Shown: positions 30,825-40,974, counted from the first letter of the stretch. The stretch: DNA of 64,000 nt from an uncultured Nitrospiraceae bacterium (GCA_963727775.1 CAVSHB010000001.1:480001-544000), one strand, 5' to 3'. Made by a program: numbers and translations. Notes: generated by a model not told the origin, from the sequence alone.

Positions 30825-31811
30825 TTACCTCTGCTCGTGACCTTTCCCAGAAGAGCTACCACCTGAGTGCCCACTTGAATGGCCGCTAACTGACGATTTA
30901 CCAACTGACGATTTGCTAACTGACGATTTACCAACTGACGATTTACCAACTGACGATTTACCAACTGACGATTTGCCAACTGACGATTTGCCAACTGACG
31001 ATTTGCCAACTGACGATTTGCCAACTGACGATTTGCCAACTGACGATTTGCCAACTGACGATTTGCCAACTGACGATTTGCCAACTGACGATTTGCCAAC
31101 TGACGATTTGCCAACTGACGATTTGCCATCCTTGCTCTTGCCGTCTTTGGTTTTACCATCAGGCGGGAACTTGTTCTTGCCATCTTTGGTTTTACCATCA
31201 GGCGGGAACTTGTTCTTGCCGTCCTTGCCTTTTTTGCCACGGTCTCTGTCACGGTCCCGATCCCGGTCGCGCTTATTCTTCTCGCGTTTCTCCTTTGAAC
31301 GTTTATGCCTATCCCGCTTTACGTCAATGTTCTTCTCATGATTGTACCAATCATATTTGTTCCAGTGTTTTTCTCGGTCCCAATCATGCCAGTGCCTGTG
31401 GAAGTCGCCGTAATGTATCCTTTCATAATCAGGCGGCAGGACTTCAACATATTCGGGCGGTACATCCACGACGACCTGAGGGACGACAGCTATTGCCACA
31501 TAGCCCCATGGTCCTTCGTAAGATATAGACCGATACCAACGATCGCCATAGAAACGGAACCAGTAGCCATTGTAGAAATAAAGGCCTTCCGCATTCGGGA
31601 CCATATAGATAGTCGCTGCTCCACTGGGTACTGCCACTACATCAGGCGGTTGGGTAAATTCCTCGGGCGGCGGAGCTTCCGCCGCAACGTCCGGTGCTGG
31701 GGAGATGGCGCCCGGGCCGGCGTTGATATTGATGTTAAAATCTGCGGCCGAACCAACAAACGGCATGCTGACCAAACTTAGAAAAACAATAAGGAATACG
31801 ATATGCCTCAT
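30825..31811 (-). CDS. Exported low-complexity protein with Trp/Tyr-rich domain and (GKSSV)n tail
   Basis: RBS GGAGG and signal peptide; YFYNGYWFRFYGDRWYRS...GPW; basic C-terminal repeats. Confidence 0.75.
   Translation of the reverse strand: MRHIVFLIVFLSLVSMPFVGSAADFNININAGPGAISPAPDVAAEAPPPEEFTQPPDVVAVPSGAATIYMVPNAEGLYFYNGYWFRFYGDRWYRSISYEGPWGYVAIAVVPQVVVDVPPEYVEVLPPDYERIHYGDFHRHWHDWDREKHWNKYDWYNHEKNIDVKRDRHKRSKEKREKNKRDRDRDRDRDRGKKGKDGKNKFPPDGKTKDGKNKFPPDGKTKDGKSKDGKSSVGKSSVGKSSVGKSSVGKSSVGKSSVGKSSVGKSSVGKSSVGKSSVGKSSVGKSSVGKSSVGKSSVSKSSVGKSSVSGHSSGHSGGSSSGKGHEQR
30886..31125. repeat. 16 x 15-bp tandem repeat CCAACTGACGATTT(G/A)
   Basis: Contiguous units encoding GKSSV on the minus strand. 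An adjacent 39-bp duplication lies at about 31140-31220. Confidence 0.97.
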
Positions 31812-32058
31812 AACGTGGTCCCTCCTTTTGGGTTTATAGTGAATAAGGAATGGGGTCTTAAAATATCAGTTCCTTATTCATCTATTTTGATTTATCCCCA
31901 TTATAGTGGATAAAAGATGATTTTACAACAACTTTACCCCTGTAATTATGCTTACTATGAACCACTATGATACGCTACCCCTTATACCTTTCGAACGGCC
32001 CCTTTTATATCAAGACTTGGCCCTACGAAATCATCAAAAAAGCAACTAAAAAGAAAAT

Positions 32059-32672
32059 CTATTTCGTGATAAATACCTTATGTTTTCCCAGTATCTTTCT
32101 GAACTCAGGGTGTTTCCGGGCATTATTAAGGTCAGTGTCGAGCCTGAGAGCATCATAATCATTGAGACCTTTTCTAAGGGCTGCATCAATTTCATCGAGT
32201 GCAAGGTCCACATCGCCTTTCAATGAATAGAAGCAGGCATAGTTATACCGTATTGTGAAGCGCTGTCGGGATTGAGTTCTTTCGCCTTCTTAAGGTCTTC
32301 CGATGCTTTATTGAACTTTTTCTGCTGCATGTAAGCAACTGCCCTGATAGAGTAGGCATCGGCATAACCGGGGTCTTTTTGAATAGCTAACGAGAACTCC
32401 TTTATTGCGTTATCGATATTCTCTTCAAATATGACCTTGCCGCGCGCATTTTTTGCATTGCTGACGTATGAGAGGCCCTGTTTGATATGGCTTTTCACTT
32501 CCAGGCTGGGTCCCGATTCAGGTTTTGCACCCTGAGCAGGCTGGGCCGGTTGTGTTCCAGTAGCCGCCTTGGGTGTTTCGGCCTGTTTTGGTTGTGGTTT
32601 CTCACAGCCGGAAAGAAGTAATCCAAGAAAAACTATACCTGTTATAAGAACTATTACTGACTTGTTGGTCAT
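32059..32672 (-). pseudogene. TPR lipoprotein, frameshifted at about 32255
   Basis: Lipobox LSGC and TPRs. After a 2-nt shift it continues IRYNYACFYSLKGDVDLAL...DLNNARKHPEF...TK*. Confidence 0.75.
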
Positions 32673-32695
32673 TGATACCCCTCCTTTTTTATTTT

Positions 32696-34644
32696 TTATC
32701 TGGTCATCTTTTGTGACAGACGCATATTCCAGTCTTGAGTAGTTGCTATCACCTGCGGGTTCTGATCAATATCAGCCTGACCTCGGATGTCAATAGTGGA
32801 CACCAAACCTTTCATGCTGCCAGCTCTCGTGCATAGAATTGATACTCATAAGCAACTGGGGATAGATATCCAAGTCTTGCCTGTCGGCGCTGCCTGTTGT
32901 AGAAGATCTCGATATATTCCGTGATATCCTGCACTGCCTCTTGTCTGTTCCTGTAGCGTCTGTGATGGACAAGCTCCTGCTTCAGCGTGCCCCAGAAACT
33001 CTCCATCGGGGCATTGTCATAGCAATTCCCTTTTCTACTCATTGATGCCGTCATGCCGAACTGATTAAGAAGCTTCCGATAATCATGAGCACAATATTGG
33101 CTCCCGCGATCCGAGTGATGAATCAGCCCCTTCCCTGGACGCTTCGCTGCAACGGCACGGAATAAAGACTGACTTACAAGGCTCTTCGTTATCCGTTCTC
33201 CCATTGCGTATCCGACTATCTCACCGTTAAAAAGATCCTTGTGCGCGGCAAGGTACAGCCATCCTTCATCGGTCCAAACATATGTTATATCGCTCAACCA
33301 TGCCATGTTCGGCCTGGATACTTCAAACTGCTGGTCCAGTAGGTTCTCAGCCACCGGAAGCGTATGTTTTGAGTCAGTTGTAGTTTTGAATTTCTTCGTC
33401 TGCTTACAGCGTATACCGAGCTTCTTCCTGAGTCGCTTGATCCGGCAAACACCCACTGCAATACCGTTGTCTGCCAAATCCTTCTGTAATCTCTCAGCGC
33501 CGCATACCCGCCGTGTCCTCTTATGTGCAGCCTTAATCTCAACCTCCAAGCGGGCGTCTTCCTGCCCCCGCTTAGAAAGCGGCCTTGTCACGTGTGCATA
33601 GTATCCGCTTGCCGATACGTTATATATCCGGCACATCAGCGGCACTGAATATTGAAGTCGCATTTCTTTCATTAGCGCGTACCGGGCAGCGACTCCTTCG
33701 CAAAGTACGCGGCAGCTTTTTTTAGCAGATCACGCTCCATTCTCGTCTCTACCAGCTCTTTCTTTACCCTTGCCAGTTCCATCTCTAGCTCCGTCAGTGG
33801 CTTCTGTGTCTTGCCTATATCTTCCAGCTTGCCAGCTTTATGCGCCTTGACCCAGTTCCCTAACGTCGAGGGCGGCAATGACAGCCGGTGAGCTGCCTCC
33901 AGCAACGATATACCCCCGGCTAACACCATCTTCACTGCCTCCCCACGAAACTCCTTCGTGTAACGTCCCTGCGGAATCCCTTTCATTCTGACACCTCCGT
34001 CTTTCATTTATTTTATCTGACTTTGGTGTCCACTTTTTCCATCCTACATCAGCCCCTTTTTCCTGTTTCACCCTCTGTGGGACCAATGGCTTTGCATAGT
34101 AGAACGCATTCTGAACTGAACCGTTATTCCTGTTCAATCCATGGAGGAAATAATAAGTGAATATGCTGTTATTAAGCGAATCAGATTCCCATGATTGCTC
34201 CCCGGGGCCGCTTGCACCTATAAGAACCTTCCCGCAACTTTCGCTCCGGGAATCAACTGCAGATTTTGGCTTTGCCTTTGGTTTTGAGGGTGCTTCTTCA
34301 AGGACTATGTCCTTTGCACCGAGCAGCCTTTTCCCATATTCTTTAGATATTCCATACCCCTCGGCATCGCTTGCTCCAAGTGACTTCCCTCCGGGGGGAA
34401 GGAATCCGGGAACTTTCCTGTAAGCGCCGTTGCTGTAACAGGCATCAAGTATCATCACCAACCTTCTGGCACGAAGACCTTCAATAAAATCCTTAAGCAT
34501 CGTTTCGGTAATGGAAGTGTGCCAGATCCGCTCACGGGGTTTAACCTCTGAATCATAGGTGACGATAAAGACCCCGCCGAATTTTTCCGGTGGAGTGCCA
34601 TGGCTGCTCATGTAGACAGTGACAAGGTCATCCGGTTCCGCCAT
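32696..34644 (-). pseudogene. Caspase-like (peptidase C14) gene, N-terminally truncated and split by IS3
   Basis: SSHG and LDACYS dyad motifs. KQEKGA rejoins DIDQNPQV...TR* across the IS (TSD GCC). Confidence 0.85.
32778..34051 (-). mobile_element. IS3-family element copy 2 (intact orfA 33672-33986, orfB 32812-33672)
   Basis: Near-identical to 26032-27307; 3-bp TSD GCC. Confidence 0.95.
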
Positions 34645-34658
34645 GCTCTCCTTAAAAC

Positions 34659-34935
34659 TTAATTTTCTGCCAGGAGCCATATCGACTGCGCATCATGGAT
34701 ACGCGGACCAAAGGCATAACCTTTCTTGACTGTTAAATCCTTTGTTACCTGGTCTTCCTTTCCTTGCGAGGCTACCTTCAGCGTTACCTGATAGCGGCCT
34801 TCCGGGACATCTTTCGGGATATCAAAATTTCCTTCAGCTTTTCTTGTACCAAGAGCAGAGGTTATTTCATTGTCAACGGAACCGAGTTCTTTCCATTCCT
34901 TTGCTTTCGGGTCATAGTAATGGAGGGTACTTGTC
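34659..34935 (-). pseudogene. 3' fragment of a gene upstream of the caspase
   Basis: YYDPKAKEWKELGSVDNEIT...GNFDIPKDVPEGRYQVTLKV...LAEN*, with no start. Confidence 0.5.
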
Positions 34936-35111
34936 TCAGTTTACTAAATATTTTTATAAAAGAATAATATTTTTTATTAAATTTATTATAAAAAATATAT
35001 AATGATTTAATAATCTAATAACTCTATTTTTACCATATGTGAAACCCACAGGAAACTACTTCATGTAGTTGCTATAATATTGACTGAAATGACCGGGATG
35101 ATTACTCAAGA

Positions 35112-36359
35112 ATGAAATTTGATATTGCTCCTTATCTTCAGGTATTCCGCAGCCGCAGAATTGCAGTTATAACTTTCCTCGGATTTTCCTCCGGCCTGCC
35201 TTTTGCATTGACCGGTGGCACTTTACAGGCATGGATGGCTGTATCAGGCATAAATTTGCATACTATCGGCATATTCACCCTGGTAGGATTACCATATGCA
35301 TTGAAATTCTTCTGGTCGCCTTTGATGGACCGGTTTGTCCCCCCATGGCTCGGAAGGCGAAGGGGGTGGATAATTATAACCCAGCTCAGCCTCGTCGCGG
35401 GAATTACAGCTATGGCTTTTAGCTCTCCACATAATGCGCTTCCTTTTTTAGCAGGGCTTGCACTAATGGTTGCTTTTACCTCGGCCTCTCAAGATATTGT
35501 GGTTGATGCATACCGTACCGATGTCTTGGCTGAACAGGAGCGCGGGGTCGGGGCAGCCGTGTTTGTTATGGGGTATCGCATAGCGCTGCTTGTTTCCGGC
35601 GCATTGGCCCTTATCCTGTCTGATCATATAGGATGGCGAAATACCTATCTGTTAATGGCCGGCGTTATGGGGATAGGGATAATCTCGACTATCTTAGGCC
35701 CCGAGCCTGATGGAAAAATCATTCCGCCAAAAAGCATGAAAGAAGCAATATGGGGCCCCATGAAAGATTATTTTTCAAGAACATCCGCCCTGCCGCTCTT
35801 ATTGGTAATAGTCCTTTATAAACTGGGGGATGCATATGCGAGCGCCTTGACTACGCCGTTTCTAATCAAAGGGTTGGGCTTTTCCGCCGGTGAAGTAGGC
35901 GCTATAAATAAAGGGCTCGGCTTTGCATCGCTGATTGTGGGTGCAATGTTCGGCGGCACTTTGATGGTCAAGCTCAGGCTTTTCCGGTCTCTAATGGTAT
36001 TTGGAATCCTCCAAGCAATATCCATCCTTTCATTTATGGCCCTCGCATGGACAGGAAAAAATTACGGGATGCTGATCTTTGCAGTGGCCTTCGAAAACAT
36101 GGCGGGCGGCATGGGGACCGCGGCCTTTGTCTCACTTCTCATGGCAATGTGTAACCATCGTTATACTGCGACACAATACGCCTTCTTGTCGTCACTCGCC
36201 GCCCTCGGCAGGATTTTTATCTCTCCAACATCCGGGTTTCTTGTTGAGTCCATAGGCTGGGCCGGTTTCTTTTTCGTGACCTTTCTTACGGCCCTTCCGG
36301 GATTGGGGCTTTTATGGTGGCTGAGGAATGTTATTTCGGATTTGGGAAGCGCGGCCTGA
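35112..36359 (+). CDS. ampG: AmpG muropeptide MFS permease
   Basis: LGFSSGLP, KFFWSPLMD, SASQDIVVDAYR and TATQYA. Confidence 0.93.
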   Translation: MKFDIAPYLQVFRSRRIAVITFLGFSSGLPFALTGGTLQAWMAVSGINLHTIGIFTLVGLPYALKFFWSPLMDRFVPPWLGRRRGWIIITQLSLVAGITAMAFSSPHNALPFLAGLALMVAFTSASQDIVVDAYRTDVLAEQERGVGAAVFVMGYRIALLVSGALALILSDHIGWRNTYLLMAGVMGIGIISTILGPEPDGKIIPPKSMKEAIWGPMKDYFSRTSALPLLLVIVLYKLGDAYASALTTPFLIKGLGFSAGEVGAINKGLGFASLIVGAMFGGTLMVKLRLFRSLMVFGILQAISILSFMALAWTGKNYGMLIFAVAFENMAGGMGTAAFVSLLMAMCNHRYTATQYAFLSSLAALGRIFISPTSGFLVESIGWAGFFFVTFLTALPGLGLLWWLRNVISDLGSAA

Positions 36360-37080
36360 ATACGATAATGCCTGGTTTATTGACTATATAGCTTATAAAA
36401 TCCTGGTCGACCACTTTACGTATTTCTTTGCGGGACGAAGCATGTCTGAGATAAACAGTATTTGCAGCTTTGATTATTATTCCGACATGCGAAACATCCA
36501 ATCCTTTCAGGCCGGAATATATCCCGATATAATCACCAGTCATCAGTTTCTCTAAGATTGGGCTGGCGACTGCAACTGACGGTATGTATTTAATTTCTTT
36601 CCGTACAGTAGGAATACCGGGCAGAAAATATCCCCCATCTTCTTTCTCGTTGACAATTTTTTGCGTACTTATTGTATTTTCTCCGCCAATGTCAGCTGTA
36701 ACATCAGCAATAAATTCCGCATTAAATTCTTTCCAGTCCGTAAAGAAATGGTTTCTGCTCATAAAGTCAACGATGCCGGACCTGTACCTGATTATTTTCA
36801 CATTAGATTCGAAGCCGGAGTAAGAACTTGAAAGTCTCATAGCTTCCACATATTCGACTAAGGTCAAGCAATCCACCCCTTCGAGATTTACAACAAAAAC
36901 CTCCGGCGTATTCTTGTCACCGATTAATGTTGATTCGGCATAATCTATTCCGAGGAATTGCCTGGACAAAAAATCTATTCGTTCTCCGATGTCACGCATT
37001 TTCGAGCCATTGCTTATTAGATGTTCCAGCTGTTCCCGGTAAAATTTGCCCAAAATAATTTGGCTACAGTGCATAGTCAA
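36331..37080 (-). CDS. DUF1460 N-acetylmuramoyl-L-alanine amidase-like protein
   Basis: VDCLTLVEY, RNHFFTDW, LDVSHVG and HASS. Confidence 0.85.
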   Translation of the reverse strand: MTMHCSQIILGKFYREQLEHLISNGSKMRDIGERIDFLSRQFLGIDYAESTLIGDKNTPEVFVVNLEGVDCLTLVEYVEAMRLSSSYSGFESNVKIIRYRSGIVDFMSRNHFFTDWKEFNAEFIADVTADIGGENTISTQKIVNEKEDGGYFLPGIPTVRKEIKYIPSVAVASPILEKLMTGDYIGIYSGLKGLDVSHVGIIIKAANTVYLRHASSRKEIRKVVDQDFISYIVNKPGIIVFRPRFPNPK

Positions 37081-37118
37081 TTATAATAAACTTACGCCGC
37101 TTAATAAAATTTGTGGGC

Positions 37119-37225
37119 GCCGACAGATACAGTATTTGCGCTCATTCTCGTCCGCCGCAGCGGACTCCGAGATAAATTCTTTCTTTGAAAGAATTTAAAA
37201 CCGCGCAAATACGGTATCTGTCGGC
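37119..37225. repeat. 107-bp MITE-like palindromic element
   Basis: 23-bp IR GCCGACAGATACAGTATTTGCGC / GCGCAAATACGGTATCTGTCGGC with two internal hairpins. Confidence 0.7.
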
Positions 37226-37449
37226 AATTTTAATCGTGCAAATTAACTGGAAATAATTCTTTAACCCCTGAAAGTCTATATTATCTACAAAATGTGGTTG
37301 CAGCGGGGACGGCGTATTCGAGCGGATTCTTTTACCGATAGTCGAAGATATATTAAAAATAAGGAGGTAAAAGCCTCGGAGGTCGGAATGACCGAGAATG
37401 AGCGAGTGTACTCTGTCCCCGGTGCAATGCCTGTGCTATCATAGCAATA

Positions 37450-38337
37450 ATGAAAATTATAGATATTCATACCCACGGGATAGGCGGCTATGACACACGG
37501 ACAACAGACGTGGACCAACTCCTCAAAATAGCCGAGATCCACGGTTCATATGGGGTATCTGAAATCCTGCTGTCCATATACTCCGCTACCATCAGAGTAA
37601 TGAGGGAGAATATGGGGATCGTCAAAAGGGGAATGGAAATCCAGGCTGTATTTGTGAACCGGCATAATGAACCTGAAACTCAGAATCCATCTTCAAAAAT
37701 AATCGGCGTTCACCTCGAAGGCCCTTTCCTGAACCCTGCAAAATGCGGCGCTATGAATGCGATAACATTTATCGAACCGGCAGAATCAAGATTTCAGGAA
37801 CTGATAGAGGGTTTTGAAAGTATTGTTAAGATAATTACTATTGCGCCAGAGATGAAGGGCGCCGTCGGGCTGATCAAAAAAATCTCCGATATGGGGATTA
37901 CTGTCAGCCTGGGACATTCCGACGCAACTTATGATGAAGCAGAAGCCGGCTTTCATGCGGGCGCAAAAGGCATTACACATCTCTTCAATGCGATGCGTGG
38001 TTTCCACCACAGGGAGCCCGGTATTGCCGGGTTCGGACTATTAAACCGGGATATCTACATTGAAATCGTTGCCGATCCCTATCATTTGCATGAAGAAACT
38101 CTTGAACTGGTATTTAAAGCAAAGGACCATAAGAAAATAATTATAGTCTCCGATACGGGGAAAGAGAGCAAGACCTTCCTGGAGGAGCGGGGCGTCATTG
38201 GTGCACATGGTAAACTTCTTGGAGGAAGTATGACAATCCCTGAATCGGCACAAATGTTAATTCAGAAGGGATATGATCGAAATGTTGTAATGGATTGTAT
38301 AACGAAAAATCCAGAAAAATATATCCGGAGGTGTTAG
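37450..38337 (+). CDS. nagA: N-acetylglucosamine-6-phosphate deacetylase
   Basis: IDIHTHG, GVHLEGPFLN, SLGHS and THLFNAM. Confidence 0.9.
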   Translation: MKIIDIHTHGIGGYDTRTTDVDQLLKIAEIHGSYGVSEILLSIYSATIRVMRENMGIVKRGMEIQAVFVNRHNEPETQNPSSKIIGVHLEGPFLNPAKCGAMNAITFIEPAESRFQELIEGFESIVKIITIAPEMKGAVGLIKKISDMGITVSLGHSDATYDEAEAGFHAGAKGITHLFNAMRGFHHREPGIAGFGLLNRDIYIEIVADPYHLHEETLELVFKAKDHKKIIIVSDTGKESKTFLEERGVIGAHGKLLGGSMTIPESAQMLIQKGYDRNVVMDCITKNPEKYIRRC

Positions 38338-38338
38338 T

Positions 38339-38554
38339 ATGGAAGAGAAGATTATTATCTACGGCAAGGAAGGTTGACCCTTCACGGAAAAAGCCAGGTC
38401 GGCTTATGGAAAAACTGCTGCATACTTCGATGTTAAGACAGACGCCGCAAAATTAGAGGAGATGTTGAAACATTCCGGGGGAATCCGGAAAGTGCCGGTT
38501 ATTATCGAAAAAGGAAAAGTGACCATCGGTTACGGGGGCGCCTGAGGCGTATAA
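38339..38554 (+). CDS. Glutaredoxin-like UXX-star selenoprotein (71 aa, two in-frame UGA)
   Basis: MEEKIIIYGKEG-U-PFTEKAR...RKVPVII...TIGYGGA-U-GV*. TGA at 38375 and 38543, each followed by a hairpin; RBS GGAGG. Confidence 0.85.
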
Positions 38555-38745
38555 ATCCCGATAGTTTATCGGCAACAAAGTCAAGAAACCTTAACATGAA
38601 GGATGGATGCCTGGGTGTCTCTATATTACTTTAGGCGTATTACTTAGGTTAGTGAATTAGCGAGAAAGAACCCGCCATAGAAAAGCATTGCAAAACCGCA
38701 TAATAAACTGAATAATAACATAAAAATTTATTATAATAGTTATAT

Positions 38746-39225
38746 ATGTGGTATGTGGTATACACAAAACCGAGGCAGGAAGATTCAGTTGCCTCATTGC
38801 TTCAAAGCATCGGGATTGAGGTCCTTAACCCGAAACTCAAGTCAAAGAAGTATAAACGTAACAGAATTTTTGAGGTCATAGAACCTTTGTTCCCGTGTTA
38901 TATCTTCGCTAATTTCGAAAAAGAGAAATATTCCCATCTCATAACGTATACAAGGGGGGTAAGGTATATTGTCGGCAAAAGCAAGCCTATTACAGTGCAT
39001 GACGAAATTATCGACGCTATAAAGGAAGGAATGGAAGGCAATCTTGTTATTGTTAAGTCCCGGCGGTTTATGAGTGGTGATAAAGTTATCATAAAAGACG
39101 GGCCTTTTAAAGAGTTTTATGGGATTTTTGAACGGGAGATTAAAGGCGTTGAAAGGGTAATGATTTTCCTTAATACAATTCAATGCAGACTCGAACTCGA
39201 TAGCTATTTTCTGGCTGCGGCATGA
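38746..39225 (+). CDS. NusG-paralog transcription antiterminator (RfaH/UpxY-like)
   Basis: WYVVYTKPRQE, PLFPCYIF, TRGV and KOW motif GDKVIIKDGPF; heads the polysaccharide operon. Confidence 0.88.
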   Translation: MWYVVYTKPRQEDSVASLLQSIGIEVLNPKLKSKKYKRNRIFEVIEPLFPCYIFANFEKEKYSHLITYTRGVRYIVGKSKPITVHDEIIDAIKEGMEGNLVIVKSRRFMSGDKVIIKDGPFKEFYGIFEREIKGVERVMIFLNTIQCRLELDSYFLAAA

Positions 39226-39351
39226 AGGTAAAGTAAAGCAAGTGAAGATAAATAAGGAATTTGCTCTTCTGTTTCAGTGATTGTAATTGGTTCGTCCCTT
39301 GTATAACAGACTGAAAGCTTTTTTAAGAACATGCCCCAAAAGGACATGAAT

Positions 39352-39363
39352 GGCGGTAGCCTG
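39352..39363 (+). promoter_or_regulatory. ops-like element GGCGGTAGCCTG
   Basis: Exact match to the RfaH ops consensus GGCGGTAGnnTG, 85 nt upstream of rfbA. Confidence 0.6.
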
Positions 39364-39447
39364 TCTTGAAAATGTACATGGAGCGGTTTTGCGCTAAATA
39401 CTAACCTGTGGAAACCATTGTACCAAATGAATTAAAATAGGCGTGTT

Positions 39448-40320
39448 ATGAAAGGGATAATATTAGCAGGAGGCAGCGGAACAAGGCTTTATCCGGTTAC
39501 AAAGGGGATTTGTAAACAGTTGCTGCCCATTTACGATAAGCCCATGATTTATTACCCACTGTCTGTCCTGATGCTGTCGGGTATTAAAGACATACTGATC
39601 ATTTCTACCCAGCAGGATCTGCCCCGCTTTGTCAATATATTCGGTGACGGCTCTCATTTAGGACTGAGGTTTTCGTATAAGGAACAGCTCCATCCCGGAG
39701 GCATCGCAGAAGCCTTTATTTTGGGTGAAGAATTTATTGGCGGGGGCAACGTCTGTCTTGTCCTGGGTGACAATATTTTCTACGGGCATGGGCTTACAGG
39801 GATGCTGAAGAAGGCAATGAGCGACGTGGAAGCGAAAGGGGGGGCCACAATATTCGGCTATTACGTGAATGACTCAGAAAGGTACGGAGTTGTAGAGTTC
39901 GACGCGAAAGGTACCGTCCTGTCAATTGAGGAAAAACCTAAAGACCCTAAATCAAAGTATGCTGTAACAGGGTTATATTTCTATGACAATGAGGTTATAG
40001 AAATTTCAAAAACTATAAAGCCGTCACGAAGAGGCGAGCTTGAGATTACCGATGTTAACAAGGAATATTTGAAACAAAAAAAACTCAGGGCTGAATTGAT
40101 GGGCAGGGGATATGCCTGGCTTGATACGGGGACCCATGAAAGTCTTTTGGAGGCCGGGGAATTTATAGCAACAATAGAGAGGAGGCAGGGCTTGAAAATA
40201 GCCTGCGTGGAAGAAATCGCTTATAAATTAGGCTATATTGACAAGGACCAACTGTCAAGACTTGCCCAGCATTTGAACCATAATGAATACGGGAAATACC
40301 TATTGAGGCTTATAAAATAG
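39448..40320 (+). CDS. rfbA: Glucose-1-phosphate thymidylyltransferase
   Basis: [28 protein letters not shown] and WLDTGT. Confidence 0.97.
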   Translation: MKGIILAGGSGTRLYPVTKGICKQLLPIYDKPMIYYPLSVLMLSGIKDILIISTQQDLPRFVNIFGDGSHLGLRFSYKEQLHPGGIAEAFILGEEFIGGGNVCLVLGDNIFYGHGLTGMLKKAMSDVEAKGGATIFGYYVNDSERYGVVEFDAKGTVLSIEEKPKDPKSKYAVTGLYFYDNEVIEISKTIKPSRRGELEITDVNKEYLKQKKLRAELMGRGYAWLDTGTHESLLEAGEFIATIERRQGLKIACVEEIAYKLGYIDKDQLSRLAQHLNHNEYGKYLLRLIK

Positions 40321-40368
40321 CCTGAATGCTTTTTGCAATCTCCATCATCTGCATTAATTTAGAGAACG

Positions 40369-40968
40369 ATGCCTTTTCATTTTAAGAATCTCGAAATTCC
40401 CGAGATTATCCTTATTGATCCCAGGATATTCAGGGATGAAAGAGGGTTTTTTATGGAGATGTACAAGCATTCGGAGTTTGCCCGCAACGGAATTGAAGAA
40501 CATTTTGTCCAGGATAATTATTCGAGGTCTTTATGCGGGGTATTGAGAGGGTTGCATTATCAGAAGAATCCGAACGCTCAGGGTAAGTTAGTCCAGTGCG
40601 TAAAAGGCAAAATCTTTGATGTGGCGGTAGATATAAGGAAAAGTTCCCCTACTTATGGGCGATGGGCTGGAGTTGAGTTGTCTGAAGATAACAGGCTTAT
40701 GCTCTATGTGCCTCCTGCATTTGCGCATGGTTTTGTTGTGCTGAGCGAATCAGCCGATATAATGTATAAGTGCACGAGAGAGTATTCACCCGCGGACGAC
40801 AGGGGTATTATCTGGAATGATCCCGATATTAATATAAAGTGGCCGGTCAGCAGCCCTGTTCTTTCTGAGAAGGACGGAGGCCATCCGGCATTGAAGGACG
40901 CCGAGAATAATTTCGAATACCTATCTGTATCCCCCCTTGCCAAGCGCGGAATTAAAGGGTGGGCATGA
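40369..40968 (+). CDS. rfbC: dTDP-4-dehydrorhamnose 3,5-epimerase
   Basis: DERGFF, LRGLHYQ and FAHGF. Confidence 0.96.
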   Translation: MPFHFKNLEIPEIILIDPRIFRDERGFFMEMYKHSEFARNGIEEHFVQDNYSRSLCGVLRGLHYQKNPNAQGKLVQCVKGKIFDVAVDIRKSSPTYGRWAGVELSEDNRLMLYVPPAFAHGFVVLSESADIMYKCTREYSPADDRGIIWNDPDINIKWPVSSPVLSEKDGGHPALKDAENNFEYLSVSPLAKRGIKGWA

Positions 40969-40974
40969 ATTGAA

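Noticed and set aside
30710..31341. ORFs with (NRQLA)n and (TDDLP)n repeats
   Set aside because: These are alternative frames of the 15-bp repeat. Only 30825-31811 has an RBS and signal peptide.
33838..34680. 280-aa ORF as an intact caspase, and 24858-26060 as an intact MTase
   Set aside because: Both are chimeras that read into or out of IS3 ends.
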